Positions 1 through 12,310 of a stretch of 64,000 nt of DNA are shown piece after piece. Below the pieces are notes generated by a model. That model did no database searches, was not told where the DNA came from, and saw only the letters and a program-made list of their open reading frames with translations. The stretch covers positions 1-64,000 of the forward strand of contig JALDTO010000237.1 in NCBI GenBank assembly GCA_023515725.1. Reading direction: 5' to 3'. Position 1 is the stretch's first letter. Each line of letters opens with the position of its first letter. Both the position numbers and the translations under genes were made by a program. This stretch comes from Amoeboaphelidium protococcarum X5. Taxonomy: Eukaryota; Fungi; Aphelidiomycota.

Positions 1-648
1 CGGGTGCAAGGTGCAAAACACTACCGGTGCAAAAGAAAACAAGCGTTTTATTTGTTTTAAAAGAGTCAGATACAAGCGGATATTTAGAATATAAAAAACA
101 AGGGGAATTGCTTTGGACCATGTCTGAGCTTTGGGTTTACCCAAAGTACATTGATTTTGTTATTGTCCATACAAAGTAATCTTGCGCAAGAGTTTTGAAA
201 GGCATATCGTTTGGTAAAGTATAATCTCCACGTCGGCAATGCGATCGAGGATGATCAGTTACAGCCAACCACACACACACATGTTTCAAATCGAATACTT
301 ACATAGCTTTTAGCTCTGTCTATACAGCCAGCCAGCCAGCTTTGCAAGTATTCTGTGTAAATACATTACAGTTTAACGTGATCTTCTATAATGATCTCAT
401 TTATTCACATTTCAATTTAATCGCAGTGACTAATCAAACTGATATGCTAGAGTTGATAAAGTGCTAAAAAATCAGATTCGGCTATGCACATTTTGCGTGA
501 GGTCTCTCTCTAAATATTGAATAATGAAGGAGTTTTAAAGCTCAAGACCACCCTTAGACTCTTTAATTTGCGCTAAATCTAAATACGTTTTGGCTTGGCG
601 TTGGAACGGCATTGACCAGCTTAGAAATTTTTTAATCTTATGATCTAA

Positions 649-3600
649 TAACTACCGCTGATGATTTTGAGAAGCGACACATTGAAGAGTCTTCTAAATG
701 ATTAGAGTAACATAGTAGAAAGTATAATTACTTGAATGAACTTAAAAACCTTATTCAAATCGCTTGTCTCACTCTCAAATGGTCTATCATCCAGTTTTGC
801 ACGAATCGGTCAAAATCGGATGATCCGACTGCCACGGGTTATTTTGAGCCGCGACACATTGAAGAGTCTTCTAAATGATTAGAGTAACATAAAAGAAGCT
901 ATAATTACTTGAATGAACTTAAAAACCCGATTCAAATCGCTTTTCTCACTCTCAAATCGTCTATCATCCAGTTTTACACGAATCGGTCAGAATCGGATGA
1001 TCCAACTACCGCTGATGATTTTGAACAGCGAAGTAATGAAAAGTCTTCTAAATGATTAGAGTAACATAGAAGAAGCTATAATTACTTGAATGAACTTAAA
1101 AACCCGATTCAAATCGCTTGTCTCACTCTCAAATGGTCTATCATCCAGTTTTGCACGAATCGGTCAGAATCGGATGATCCGACTGCCACGGGTGATTTTG
1201 AGAAGCGACACATTGAAGAGTCTTCTAAATGATTATAGTAACATAGTAGAATCTATAATTACTTGAATGAACTTAAAAACCCGATTCAAATCGCTTGTCT
1301 CACTCTCAAATCGTCTATCATCCAGTTTTGCACGAATCGGTCAGAATCGGATGATCCAACTGCCACGAGTGATTTTGAGCAGCGAAATAATGTAGAGTCT
1401 TCTAAATGATAAGAGTATCATAGTAAAAAGTATAATTACTTGAATGAACTTAAAAACCCGATTCAAATCGCTTGTCTCACTCTCAAATGGTCTATCAACC
1501 AGTTTTGCACAAATCGGTCAGAATCGGATGATCCGAACGCCACGGGTGATTTTGAACAGCGAAGTAATGAAAAGTCTTCTAAATGATTAGAGTAACATAG
1601 TAGAAGCTATAATAAATTGACTGAACTTAAAAACCCGACTCGAGTCGCTTGTCTCACTCTCAAATCGTCTATCATCCAGTTTTGCACGAATCGGTCAGAA
1701 TCGGATGATCCAACTACCGCTGATGATTTTGAACAGCGAAGTAATGTGAGTCTTCTAAATGATAAGAGTATCAAAGAAGAATCTATAATTACTTGAATGA
1801 ACTTAAAAACCCGATTCAAATCGCTTGTCTCACTCTCAAATCGTCTATCATCCAGTTTTGCACGAATCGGTCAGAATCGGATGATCCAACTGCCACGAGT
1901 GATTTTGAGCAGCGAAATAATGTAGAGTCTTCTAAATGATAAGAGTATCATAGTAAAAAGTATAATTACTTGAATGAACTTAAAAACCCGATTCAAATCG
2001 CTTGTCTCACTCTCAAATGGTCTATCATCCAGTTTTGCACAAATCGGTCAGAATCGGATGATCCGACTGCCACGGGTGATTTTGAGAAGCGACACATTGA
2101 AGAGTCTTCTAAATGATTATAGTAACATAGTAGAATCTATAATTACTTGAATGAACTTAAAAACCCGATTCAAATCGCTTGTCTCACTCTCAAATCGTCT
2201 ATCATCCAGTTTTGCACGACTCGGTCAGAATCGGATAATCCAACTGCCACGAGTGATTTTGAACAGCGAAGTAATGTGAGTCTTCTAAATGATAAGAGTA
2301 TCATAGTAAAAAGTATAATTACTTGAATGAACTTAAAAACCCGATTCAAATCGCTTGTCTCACTCTCAAATGGTCTATCAACCAGTTTTGCACAAATCGG
2401 TCAGAATCGGATGATCCGAACGCCACGGGTGATTTTGAACAGCGAAGTAATGAAAAGTCTTCTAAATGATAAGAGTATCAAAGAAGAAGCTATAATTACT
2501 TGAATGAACTTAAAATCCCGATTCAAATCGCTTTCTTTACTCTCATACGGTCTATCATCCAGTTTTGCACGAATCGGTCAGAATCGGATGATCCAATTAC
2601 CGTTGATGATTTTGAGGAGCGACACATTGAAGAGTCTTCTAAATGATAAAAGTATCAAAGAAGAAGCTATAATTACTTGAATGAACTTAAAAACCCGACT
2701 CGAGTCGCTTGTCTCACTCTCAAATCGTCTATCATCCAGTTTTGCACGAATCGGTCAGAATCGGATGATCCAACTACCGCTGATGATTTTGAGCAGCGAA
2801 GTAATGTGAGTCTTCTAAATGATAAGAGTATCAAAGAAGAATCTATAATTACTTGAATGAACTTAAAAACCCGATTCAAATCGCTTGTCTCACTCTCAAA
2901 TCGTCTATCATCCAGTTTTGCACGAATCGGTCAGAATCGGATGATCCAACTGCCACGAGTGATTTTGAGCAGCGAAATAATGTAGAGTCTTCTAAATGAT
3001 AAGAGTATCATAGTAAAAAGTATAATTACTTGAATGAACTTAAAAACCCGATTCAAATCGCTTGTCTCACTCTCAAATGGTCTATCATCCAGTTTTGCAC
3101 AAATCGGTCAGAATCGGATGATCCGACTGCCACGGGTGATTTTGAGAAGCGACACATTGAAGAGTCTTCTAAATGATTATAGTAACATAGTAGAATCTAT
3201 AATTACTTGAATGAACTTAAAAACCCGATTCAAATCGCTTGTCTCACTCTCAAATCGTCTATCATCCAGTTTTGCACGACTCGGTCAGAATCGGATAATC
3301 CAACTGCCACGAGTGATTTTGAACAGCGAAGTAATGTGAGTCTTCTAAATGATAAGAGTATCATAGTAAAAAGTATAATTACTTGAATGAACTTAAAAAC
3401 CCGATTCAAATCGCTTGTCTCACTCTCAAATGGTCTATCAACCAGTTTTGCACAAATCGGTCAGAATCGGATGATCCGAACGCCACGGGTGATTTTGAAC
3501 AGCGAAGTAATGAAAAGTCTTCTAAATGATTAGAGTAACATAGAAGAAGCTATAATTACTTGAATGAACTTAAAAACCCGATTCAAATCGCTTGTCTCAC

Positions 3601-6600
3601 TCTCAAATCGTCTATCATCCAGTTTTGCACGACTCGGTCAGAATCGGATAATCCAACTGCCACGAGTGATTTTGAACAGCGAAGTAATGTGAGTCTTCTA
3701 AATGATAAGAGTATCATAGTAAAAAGTATAATTACTTGAATGAACTTAAAAACCCGATTCAAATCGCTTGTCTCACTCTCAAATGGTCTATCATCCAGTT
3801 TTGCACAAATCGGTCAAAATCGGATGATCCGACTGCCACGGGTGATTTTGAGAAGCGACACATTGAAGAGTCTTCTAAATGATTATAGTAACATAGTAGA
3901 ATCTATAATTACTTGAATGAACTTAAAAACCCGATTCAAATCGCTTGTCTCACTCTCAAATCGTCTATCATCCAGTTTTGCACGACTCGGTCAGAATCGG
4001 ATAATCCAACTGCCACGAGTGATTTTGAACAGCGAAGTAATGTGAGTCTTCTAAATGATAAGAGTATCATAGTAAAAAGTATAATTACTTGAATGAACTT
4101 AAAAACCCGATTCAAATCGCTTGTCTCACTCTCAAATGGTCTATCAACCAGTTTTGCACAAATCGGTCAAAATCGGATGATCCGACTGCCACGGGTGATT
4201 TTGAGAAGCGACACATTGAAGAGTCTTCTAAATGATTAGAGTAACATAGAAGAAGCTATAATTACTTGAATGAACTTAAAAACCCGATTCAAATCGCTTG
4301 TCTCACTCTCAAATCGTCTATCATCCAGTTTTGCACGAATCGGTCAGAATCGGATGATCCAACTACCGCTGATGATTTTGAACAGCGAAGTAATGTGAGT
4401 CTTCTAAATGATAAAAGTATCAAAGAAGAAGCTATAATTACTTGAATGAACTTAAAATCCCGACTCGAGTCGCTTGTCTCACTCTCAAATGGTCTAACAT
4501 CCAGTTTTGCACAAATCGGTCAGAATCGGATGATCCAACTACCGTTGATGATTTTGAGCAGCGAAGTAAAGTGAGTCTTCTAAATGATAAGAGTATCAAA
4601 GAAGAAGCTATAATTACTTGAATGAACTTAAAATCCCGATTCAAATCGCTTGTCTCACTCTCAAATGGTCTATCATCCAGTTTTGCACAAATCGGTCAGA
4701 ATCGGATGATCCGAACGCCACGTGTGATTTTGAACAGCGAAGTAATGAAAAGTCTTCTAAATGATTAGAGTAACATAGAAGAAGCTATAATTACTTGACT
4801 GCACTTAAAATCCCGATTCAAATCGCTCGTCTCACTTTCAAATCGTCTATCATCCAGTTTTGCACAAATCGGTCAAAATCGGATGATCCGACTGCCACGG
4901 GTGATTTTGAACAGCGAAGTAATGAAAAGTCTTCTAAATGATTAGAGTAACATAGAAGAAGCTATAATTACTTGAATGAACTTAAAAACCCGATTCAAAT
5001 CGCTTGTCTCACTCTCAAATGGTCTATCATCCAGTTTTGCACGAATCGGTCAGAATCGGATGATCCAACTGCCACGAGTGATTTTGAGCAGCGAAATAAT
5101 GTAGAGTCTTCTAAATGATAAGAGTATCATAGTAAAAAGTATAATTACTTGAATGAACTTAAAAACCCGATTCAAATCGCTTGTCTCACTCTCAAATGGT
5201 CTATCATCCAGTTTTGCACAAATCGGTCAGAATCGGATGATCCGACTGCCACGGGTGATTTTGAGAAGCGACACATTGAAGAGTCTTCTAAATGATTATA
5301 GTAACATAGTAGAATCTATAATTACTTGAATGAACTTAAAAACCCGATTCAAATCGCTTGTCTCACTCTCAAATCGTCTATCATCCAGTTTTGCACGACT
5401 CGGTCAGAATCGGATGATCCAACTGCCACGAGTGATTTTGAACAGCGAAGTAATGTGAGTCTTCTAAATGATAAGAGTATCATAGTAAAAAGTATAATTA
5501 CTTGAATGAACTTAAAAACCCGATTCAAATCGCTTGTCTCACTCTCAAATGGTCTATCATCCAGTTTTGCACAAATCGGTCAGAATCGGATGATCCGACT
5601 GCCACGGGTGATTTTGAGAAGCGACACATTGAAGAGTCTTCTAAATGATTATAGTAACATAGTAGAATCTATAATTACTTGAATGAACTTAAAAACCCGA
5701 TTCAAATCGCTTGTCTCACTCTCAAATCGTCTATCATCCAGTTTTGCACGACTCGGTCAGAATCGGATAATCCAACTGCCACGAGTGATTTTGAACAGCG
5801 AAGTAATGTGAGTCTTCTAAATGATAAGAGTATCATAGTAAAAAGTATAATTACTTGAATGAACTTAAAAACCCGATTCAAATCGCTTGTCTCACTCTCA
5901 AATGGTCTATCAACCAGTTTTGCACAAATCGGTCAGAATCGGATGATCCGAACGCCACGGGTGATTTTGAACAGCGAAGTAATGAAAAGTCTTCTAAATG
6001 ATAAGAGTATCAAAGAAGAAGCTATAATTACTTGAATGAACTTAAAATCCCGATTCAAATCGCTTTCTTTACTCTCATACGGTCTATCATCCAGTTTTGC
6101 ACGAATCGGTCAGAATCGGATGATCCAATTACCGTTGATGATTTTGAGGAGCGACACATTGAAGAGTCTTCTAAATGATAAAAGTATCAAAGAAGAAGCT
6201 ATAATTACTTGAATGAACTTAAAAACCCGACTCGAGTCGCTTGTCTCACTCTCAAATCGTCTATCATCCAGTTTTGCACGAATCGGTCAGAATCGGATGA
6301 TCCAACTACCGCTGATGATTTTGAGCAGCGAAGTAATGTGAGTCTTCTAAATGATAAGAGTATCAAAGAAGAATCTATAATTACTTGAATGAACTTAAAA
6401 ACCCGATTCAAATCGCTTGTCTCACTCTCAAATCGTCTATCATCCAGTTTTGCACGAATCGGTCAGAATCGGATGATCCAACTGCCACGAGTGATTTTGA
6501 GCAGCGAAATAATGTAGAGTCTTCTAAATGATAAGAGTATCATAGTAAAAAGTATAATTACTTGAATGAACTTAAAAACCCGATTCAAATCGCTTGTCTC

Positions 6601-8635
6601 ACTCTCAAATGGTCTATCATCCAGTTTTGCACAAATCGGTCAGAATCGGATGATCCGACTGCCACGGGTGATTTTGAGAAGCGACACATTGAAGAGTCTT
6701 CTAAATGATTATAGTAACATAGTAGAATCTATAATTACTTGAATGAACTTAAAAACCCGATTCAAATCGCTTGTCTCACTCTCAAATCGTCTATCATCCA
6801 GTTTTGCACGACTCGGTCAGAATCGGATAATCCAACTGCCACGAGTGATTTTGAACAGCGAAGTAATGTGAGTCTTCTAAATGATAAGAGTATCATAGTA
6901 AAAAGTATAATTACTTGAATGAACTTAAAAACCCGATTCAAATCGCTTGTCTCACTCTCAAATGGTCTATCAACCAGTTTTGCACAAATCGGTCAGAATC
7001 GGATGATCCGAACGCCACGGGTGATTTTGAACAGCGAAGTAATGAAAAGTCTTCTAAATGATAAGAGTATCAAAGAAGAAGCTATAATTACTTGAATGAA
7101 CTTAAAATCCCGATTCAAATCGCTTGTCTCACTCTCAAATGGTCTATCATCCAGTTTTGCACAAATCGGTCAGAATCGGATGATCCGAACGCCACGTGTG
7201 ATTTTGAACAGCGAAGTAATGAAAAGTCTTCTAAATGATTAGAGTAACATAGAAGAATCTATAATTACTTGAATGAACTTAAAAACCCGATTCAAATCGC
7301 CTGTCTCACTCTCAAATGGTCTATCATCCAGTTTTGCACAAATCGGTCAAAATCGGATGATCCGACTGCCACGGGTGATTTTGAGAAGCGGCACATTGAA
7401 GAGTCTTCTAAATGATTAGAGTAACATAGAAGAAGCAATAATTACTTGAATGAACTTAAAAACCCGATTCAAATCGCTTGTCTCACTCTCAAATCGTCTA
7501 TCATCCAGTTTTGCACGAATCGGTCAGAATCGGATGATCCAACTGCCACGAGTGATTTTGAGCAGCGAAATAATGTAGAGTCTTCTAAATGATAAGAGTA
7601 TCATAGTAAAAAGTATAATTACTTGAATGAACTTAAAAACCCGATTCAAATCGCTTGTCTCACTCTCAAATGGTCTATCAACCAGTTTTGCACAAATCGG
7701 TCAGAATCGGATGATCCGAACGCCACGGGTGATTTTGAACAGCGAAGTAATGAAAAGTCTTCTAAATGATTAGAGTAACATAGTAGAAGCTATAATAAAT
7801 TGACTGAACTTAAAAACCCGACTCGAGTCGCTTGTCTCACTCTCAAATCGTCTATCATCCAGTTTTGCACGAATCGGTCAGAATCGGATGATCCAACTAC
7901 CGCTGATGATTTTGAACAGCGAAGTAATGTGAGTCTTCTAAATGATAAGAGTATCAAAGAAGAATCTATAATTACTTGAATGAACTTAAAAACCCGATTC
8001 AAATCGCTTGTCTCACTCTCAAATCGTCTATCATCCAGTTTTGCACGAATCGGTCAGAATCGGATAATCCAACTGCCACGAGTGATTTTGAGCAGCGAAG
8101 TAATGTGAGTCTTCTAAATGATAAGAGTATCATAGTAGAAAGTATAATTACTTGAATGAACTTAAAAACCCGATTCAAATCGCTTGTCTCACTCTCAAAT
8201 GGTCTATCAACCAGTTTTGCACAAATCGGTCAGAATCGGATGATCCGAACGCCACGGGTGATTTTGAACAGCGAAGTAATGAAAAGTCTTCTAAATGATT
8301 AGAGTAACATAGTAGAAGCTATAATAAATTGACTGAACTTAAAATCCCGGGAGAAATCGCTTTCTTTACTCTCATACGGTCTATCATCCAGTTTTGCACG
8401 AATCGGTCAGAATCGGATGATCCAACTACCGCTGATGATTTTGAACAGCGAAGTAATGTGAGTCTTCTAAATGATAAGAGTAACATAGTAGAATCTATAA
8501 TTACTTGAATGAACTTAAAATCCCGATTCAAATTGCCTGTCTCACTCTCAAATGGTCTATCATCCAGTTTTGCACAAATCGGTCAAAATCGGATGATCCG
8601 ACTGCCACGGGTGATTTTGAGAAGCGGCACATTGA
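649..8635. repeat. Tandem satellite array, ~45 monomers of 176-177 bp, with higher-order variant blocks
   Basis: TATAATTACTTGAATGAACTTAAAA recurs at 723, 900, 1077, 1254, 1431 (period 177; 176 in GTGAGTC variants) up to ~8520. Rare variants recur 3532 bp (20 monomers) apart. Confidence 0.97.
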
Positions 8636-9932
8636 GAAGTTCTCTGATTAACTGAAACGTAAGAGGACTTATGCCTTACACTCTGGCGTGCCTCATATAG
8701 AATTTGGGACTCCGCTAAAGGATGCAGAACGTCGCGACTTGAATATAAATTCTTTATTTTATAACATTGCTACGGAGGAGGTGGAGGACTTTCTCGGAAC
8801 TGGTATTGATGATTTGGAGAATGGTATCATTAGAACTCCGCAGTCCCCATTTGTCACTTTCAAAGATGATCCTCTGCGAATATTACGCGCCATTAGATTT
8901 GCTGCCAGGTACAATTTTAGAATTGTCAAAGAGATAAAGCTGGCTGCATAAGAGGGAAATATTGTTCAAAGTTTCGCCACCATTATAAGCCGAGAGCGTG
9001 TTTGAGAAGAGATGAAGAAGATGCTCTCCGGTCCTAATTATCTTCTGGCATAAGAGTATATAGTGTCTTTTGATTTGTACAATTTAATTTTTTCGGACGG
9101 CTAGCAGGTAGATATAGATAGCATCGATCAATATGAAGCTCTTAAAGCTCTGAAAGTTGTTGAAATGTCTCGTTCAACTGTTGACAAGGATTTTGGGAGT
9201 AAACATGAAATTTTCTTGTTGAATCTAGCCGCTGCATCTCTTCCTTTATAACACAAGTATCCTACATAGAACGCAACTGTTGCAAGTATAATCTAGAACG
9301 CGTTCAAGTACTCTAATGTTGAATCTCAAGTGGCCAAACGATTAACTTCGGCTCGTCAAACGTTCACTGATCAGATGGCAAAGCAATTTTGCATTAACAA
9401 TGAACAGCTGTAGGAGATGCCTCTGACAGAATATAAAGCATTACGACTTGATTTGTATAAACTCATTGTCTAAATTGCAGCTAAACCTGTGAATGAAGCG
9501 TATCCTCAGCTTTTATGGTTTGCCATGGCTATGCGGCTTTTGAACGACGTGGAAGTCAAGGTTGAGTAATTGGCTGAGGCAGCGCAGTATGCAGAGTCTA
9601 TGATTGCGTATCCCGCGTTACCGTCATCCGAATAGTTACTGTTGTTGTCGAAGGACTACTCTAACCTGGTTGAAGTTATCAAATAGTTGAAACTCTAAGA
9701 GTGTCATTTAATGAAGCCGATGATTGATGGAGGTGAAATGTTGAAAATGGTCAATGATGAGAGATAGAAAAGTGGTCAAGGACTTGTAAAGTCTGGTAAA
9801 TGGCTAGGCAAGTGCCACCAATAAATGCTCCTTTGGCAAGCTCAACATGGCGGTCCTAGAACTATGCAGTAGGAGTACAACAAGGATGCATGTTTCAATT
9901 ACGTATATCGTTTCATTTAGAATGAACTCTGA
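8634..9932 (+). pseudogene. CCA1: CCA tRNA nucleotidyltransferase, 5'-truncated, with an in-frame TGA
   Basis: Motifs EFGTPLKDAERRDLNINSLFYN and TFKDDPLRILRAIRFAARY are present. SRERV*EEMKKML has TGA at 9003-9005. The N-terminal GGxVRD/DxD catalytic region is absent, and the frame runs into the satellite. The frame otherwise stays open (TAR=Q) to TGA 9930-9932. Confidence 0.85.
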
Positions 9933-10023
9933 ATGGGCAGTACCAAGCTGTAAACGAACGGAATTATCAAAGTATCTTTCCAAGTGATGAAGATCCAGAC
10001 TGAAAAATATGTAACCGAAAGGT

Positions 10024-11063
10024 TGTTAGAATAAGCAAAATAGAATAGATAAAAGTCAATTAAATATTATACGTACCGTGTGGCTGAGCCCTATTGATCA
10101 GAGATCAAGAAACAAAGTGGCGCAGCAAATTTCTCCTTATCTGAGACGACGGTAAAGGTTAGCGACAGAACATAAAACCCAGCAAACTCAATAGATTTAC
10201 TTTCTCGATACTACCTACTTTCAATAACATTGTCTTATCATTGTTTGTTAGACGCTCTTTTGCTAAGATAATATGTGAAATGAGGAAATAGTACATTATA
10301 TATTAGCAAATAAATTCAATTGTATTCAGTAATAAATTTCATGCAATAATTAATTATGACAGGAGGTACCACCTGATCAACTTTACTCAGTAATAGAAAA
10401 ATTGAGCATCTTAATAATCAAGGTCAGTTTTTGTGACGCGAATGATCATGTACGTCTCCGCGATTGCGTCCTATACAGGAGCTAGAAGATCTCGGCGCAT
10501 TTCGGGGGTAGTGCCCATTGACCATGACGCATTACGCAAAAAGTCCCTTCTTGCAGCAGCAATATTATTAGTCATAGGGAAATGAAAGATAGATCCACTT
10601 CCCTCTGGATCCCTTCCACCATTTTCAATCAGGCGACGGATGACATTGCGTTTAGAGTGCTCAGGATTAGCCTAAGCGACCGCAGCTAGACGATCCTCAT
10701 TCCATAAAACAACCAGGACTGGATCCCCTAGCGGCATTTGGCGCAGATGCGCAATCCAATCTTGAGGTAATATAGACTCTAGCTCCTAATCAATCGTCAT
10801 TTATATCTACAAAATAAACTTCTTTGATGAGCTCCCCAGATTTCGCATAAGTTAGGATTCGAATGAAGAATGTATCAACCGGTCTCGAGTCGCGTCGCGT
10901 TTTGTTGGGTTTTATGTTCTGTCGCTAACCTTAACAGTCGTATCGGATAAGGAGAAATTTGCTGCGCCACTTTGTTTCTTGATCTCTGATCAATAGAGCT
11001 CAGCCACACGGCACGTATACTATTTAATTGACTTTTATCTATTCAATTTTGCTTATTCTAACA
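10024..11063. mobile_element. ~1.04-kb element bounded by 163-bp inverted repeats (putative non-autonomous TIR element)
   Basis: 10024-10186 is the reverse complement of 10901-11063 (9 mismatches counted). Termini are TGT...ACA. No clear target-site duplication. Confidence 0.6.
10387..10800 (-). CDS. Hypothetical 137-aa protein inside the inverted-repeat element
   Basis: ATG 10800 to TGA 10387, open under TAR=Gln: MTIDQELESILPQDWIAHLRQMPLGDPVLVVLWNEDRL...DYQDAQFFYY. Confidence 0.5.
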
Positions 11064-11113
11064 CGTTTTGATGCGTATTATCATCATCACTTCACCGAAC
11101 AATCAGAACAATA

Positions 11114-11987
11114 ATGGTCTATGTGATTGATCTTGGAGGACAATTGATTATAGGCATAGTGATGATCGAACATTGGAGATTAAGAACTTTTTATTTGGAC
11201 GCAAGAAATCCAATGCCGTTGATCATAATTTCTTTGATTTACCATCAAGTCACATTCGCATCGGGTGATTCCATTTTTATTTTGTAGATAATTAACAATA
11301 TGAACGATAAACGATAAACTTTTCGGTATATTTATCCATAAAGAATTTAGAACTTCTGTAATTTATACAACACTCTTGTTCGGGTTGGTTTCTGTCATTC
11401 AAATTTTATGTCGCGCATCTTTCGTCATATCTGGCTGGCTGTGGTGACTAGAAGGATTGACATCATACAATTTGTTTTGCTTTGTGATAAATGATACGCG
11501 TGCTCTTGTTCCAAAGTTTGCTGCTCTTTTTTATCAGGATCCTCCGAGCTTTGACAATCAAAATAATACTGTCAACAATGTGATGAGAAGAGTGAAAGGA
11601 CGTGTAATTGCAACTAATTCTGCAAATAATAACCATGGGAACATTGTTATCAAGGATGATAAAGATATTCTTCACATCGATTTTGATAAAACTGACAAGA
11701 ATTCTTGCCTTTGTAAGAGCTGGTAAGATTTGTTCAAATGTGATAGAAACCTCATGAGAACAAATCATCTGTAGATCAGCCGTGTCGTTGCCTTCAATTT
11801 GGTGTCAGTTTACGAGCAGAATAACTAAAAGCACACAAAAGCATAATAGTCAGGGGCAGATCTTGAGGTACTCGTCAGACTGTGCCAAGTTTACACTGAT
11901 TATTGCCGTGATCTTTGTTTCACTCCGATCGGGGACTTGTTAAGTTTAACATACTGTATACTGTGCAAGCAAAATAAAGAATTGTGA
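11114..11987 (+). pseudogene. Possible degenerate gene of unknown family
   Basis: An ~180-codon frame (11448-11987) is open under TAR=Gln, but upstream frames are broken. No recognisable motif. Confidence 0.25.
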
Positions 11988-12310
11988 GACCATATGAAGG
12001 AAACTAAATGATGTGAAATTTTTTAACACACTGATTATATAAACATCTTTAAGCTATACTGAATAATTGCTCGCAGAAACCGCCTAAAACTGAGTCTCAG
12101 GCAAATTAAGAGGCGTGCTTCAGGCGATTTGTGAGAGATCAGCATGTGAGTGTAAATTTTAACCGAAAGTGATTTTCGTTCTTTGCAGAGATTGGTGACG
12201 CGCTCTGGTTCTTCTTCTTCTATTTTACAGTAAATAGTAGGATTATTAGTACTCAATTTACTGGCCGCCCATATACACAGCCTTAATCACACAACTATTC
12301 TTTAATTGAA

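Noticed and set aside
1607-8531. Repeated 68-70 aa ORFs in the satellite, and an LRR-like LxxLxCxxNxL reading (LQLLLCYSNHL) on the minus strand
   Set aside because: The typical monomer has TGA in all six frames, and 176-bp monomers shift the frame, so no continuous coding repeat exists.
649-8635. CRISPR array
   Set aside because: There are no unique spacers, whole monomers repeat, the context is eukaryotic and there are no cas genes.
9003-9005. TGA also reassigned (Trp/Sec)
   Set aside because: In-frame TGA appears only in truncated or decayed sequences. All intact genes use TGG for Trp and end at TGA.
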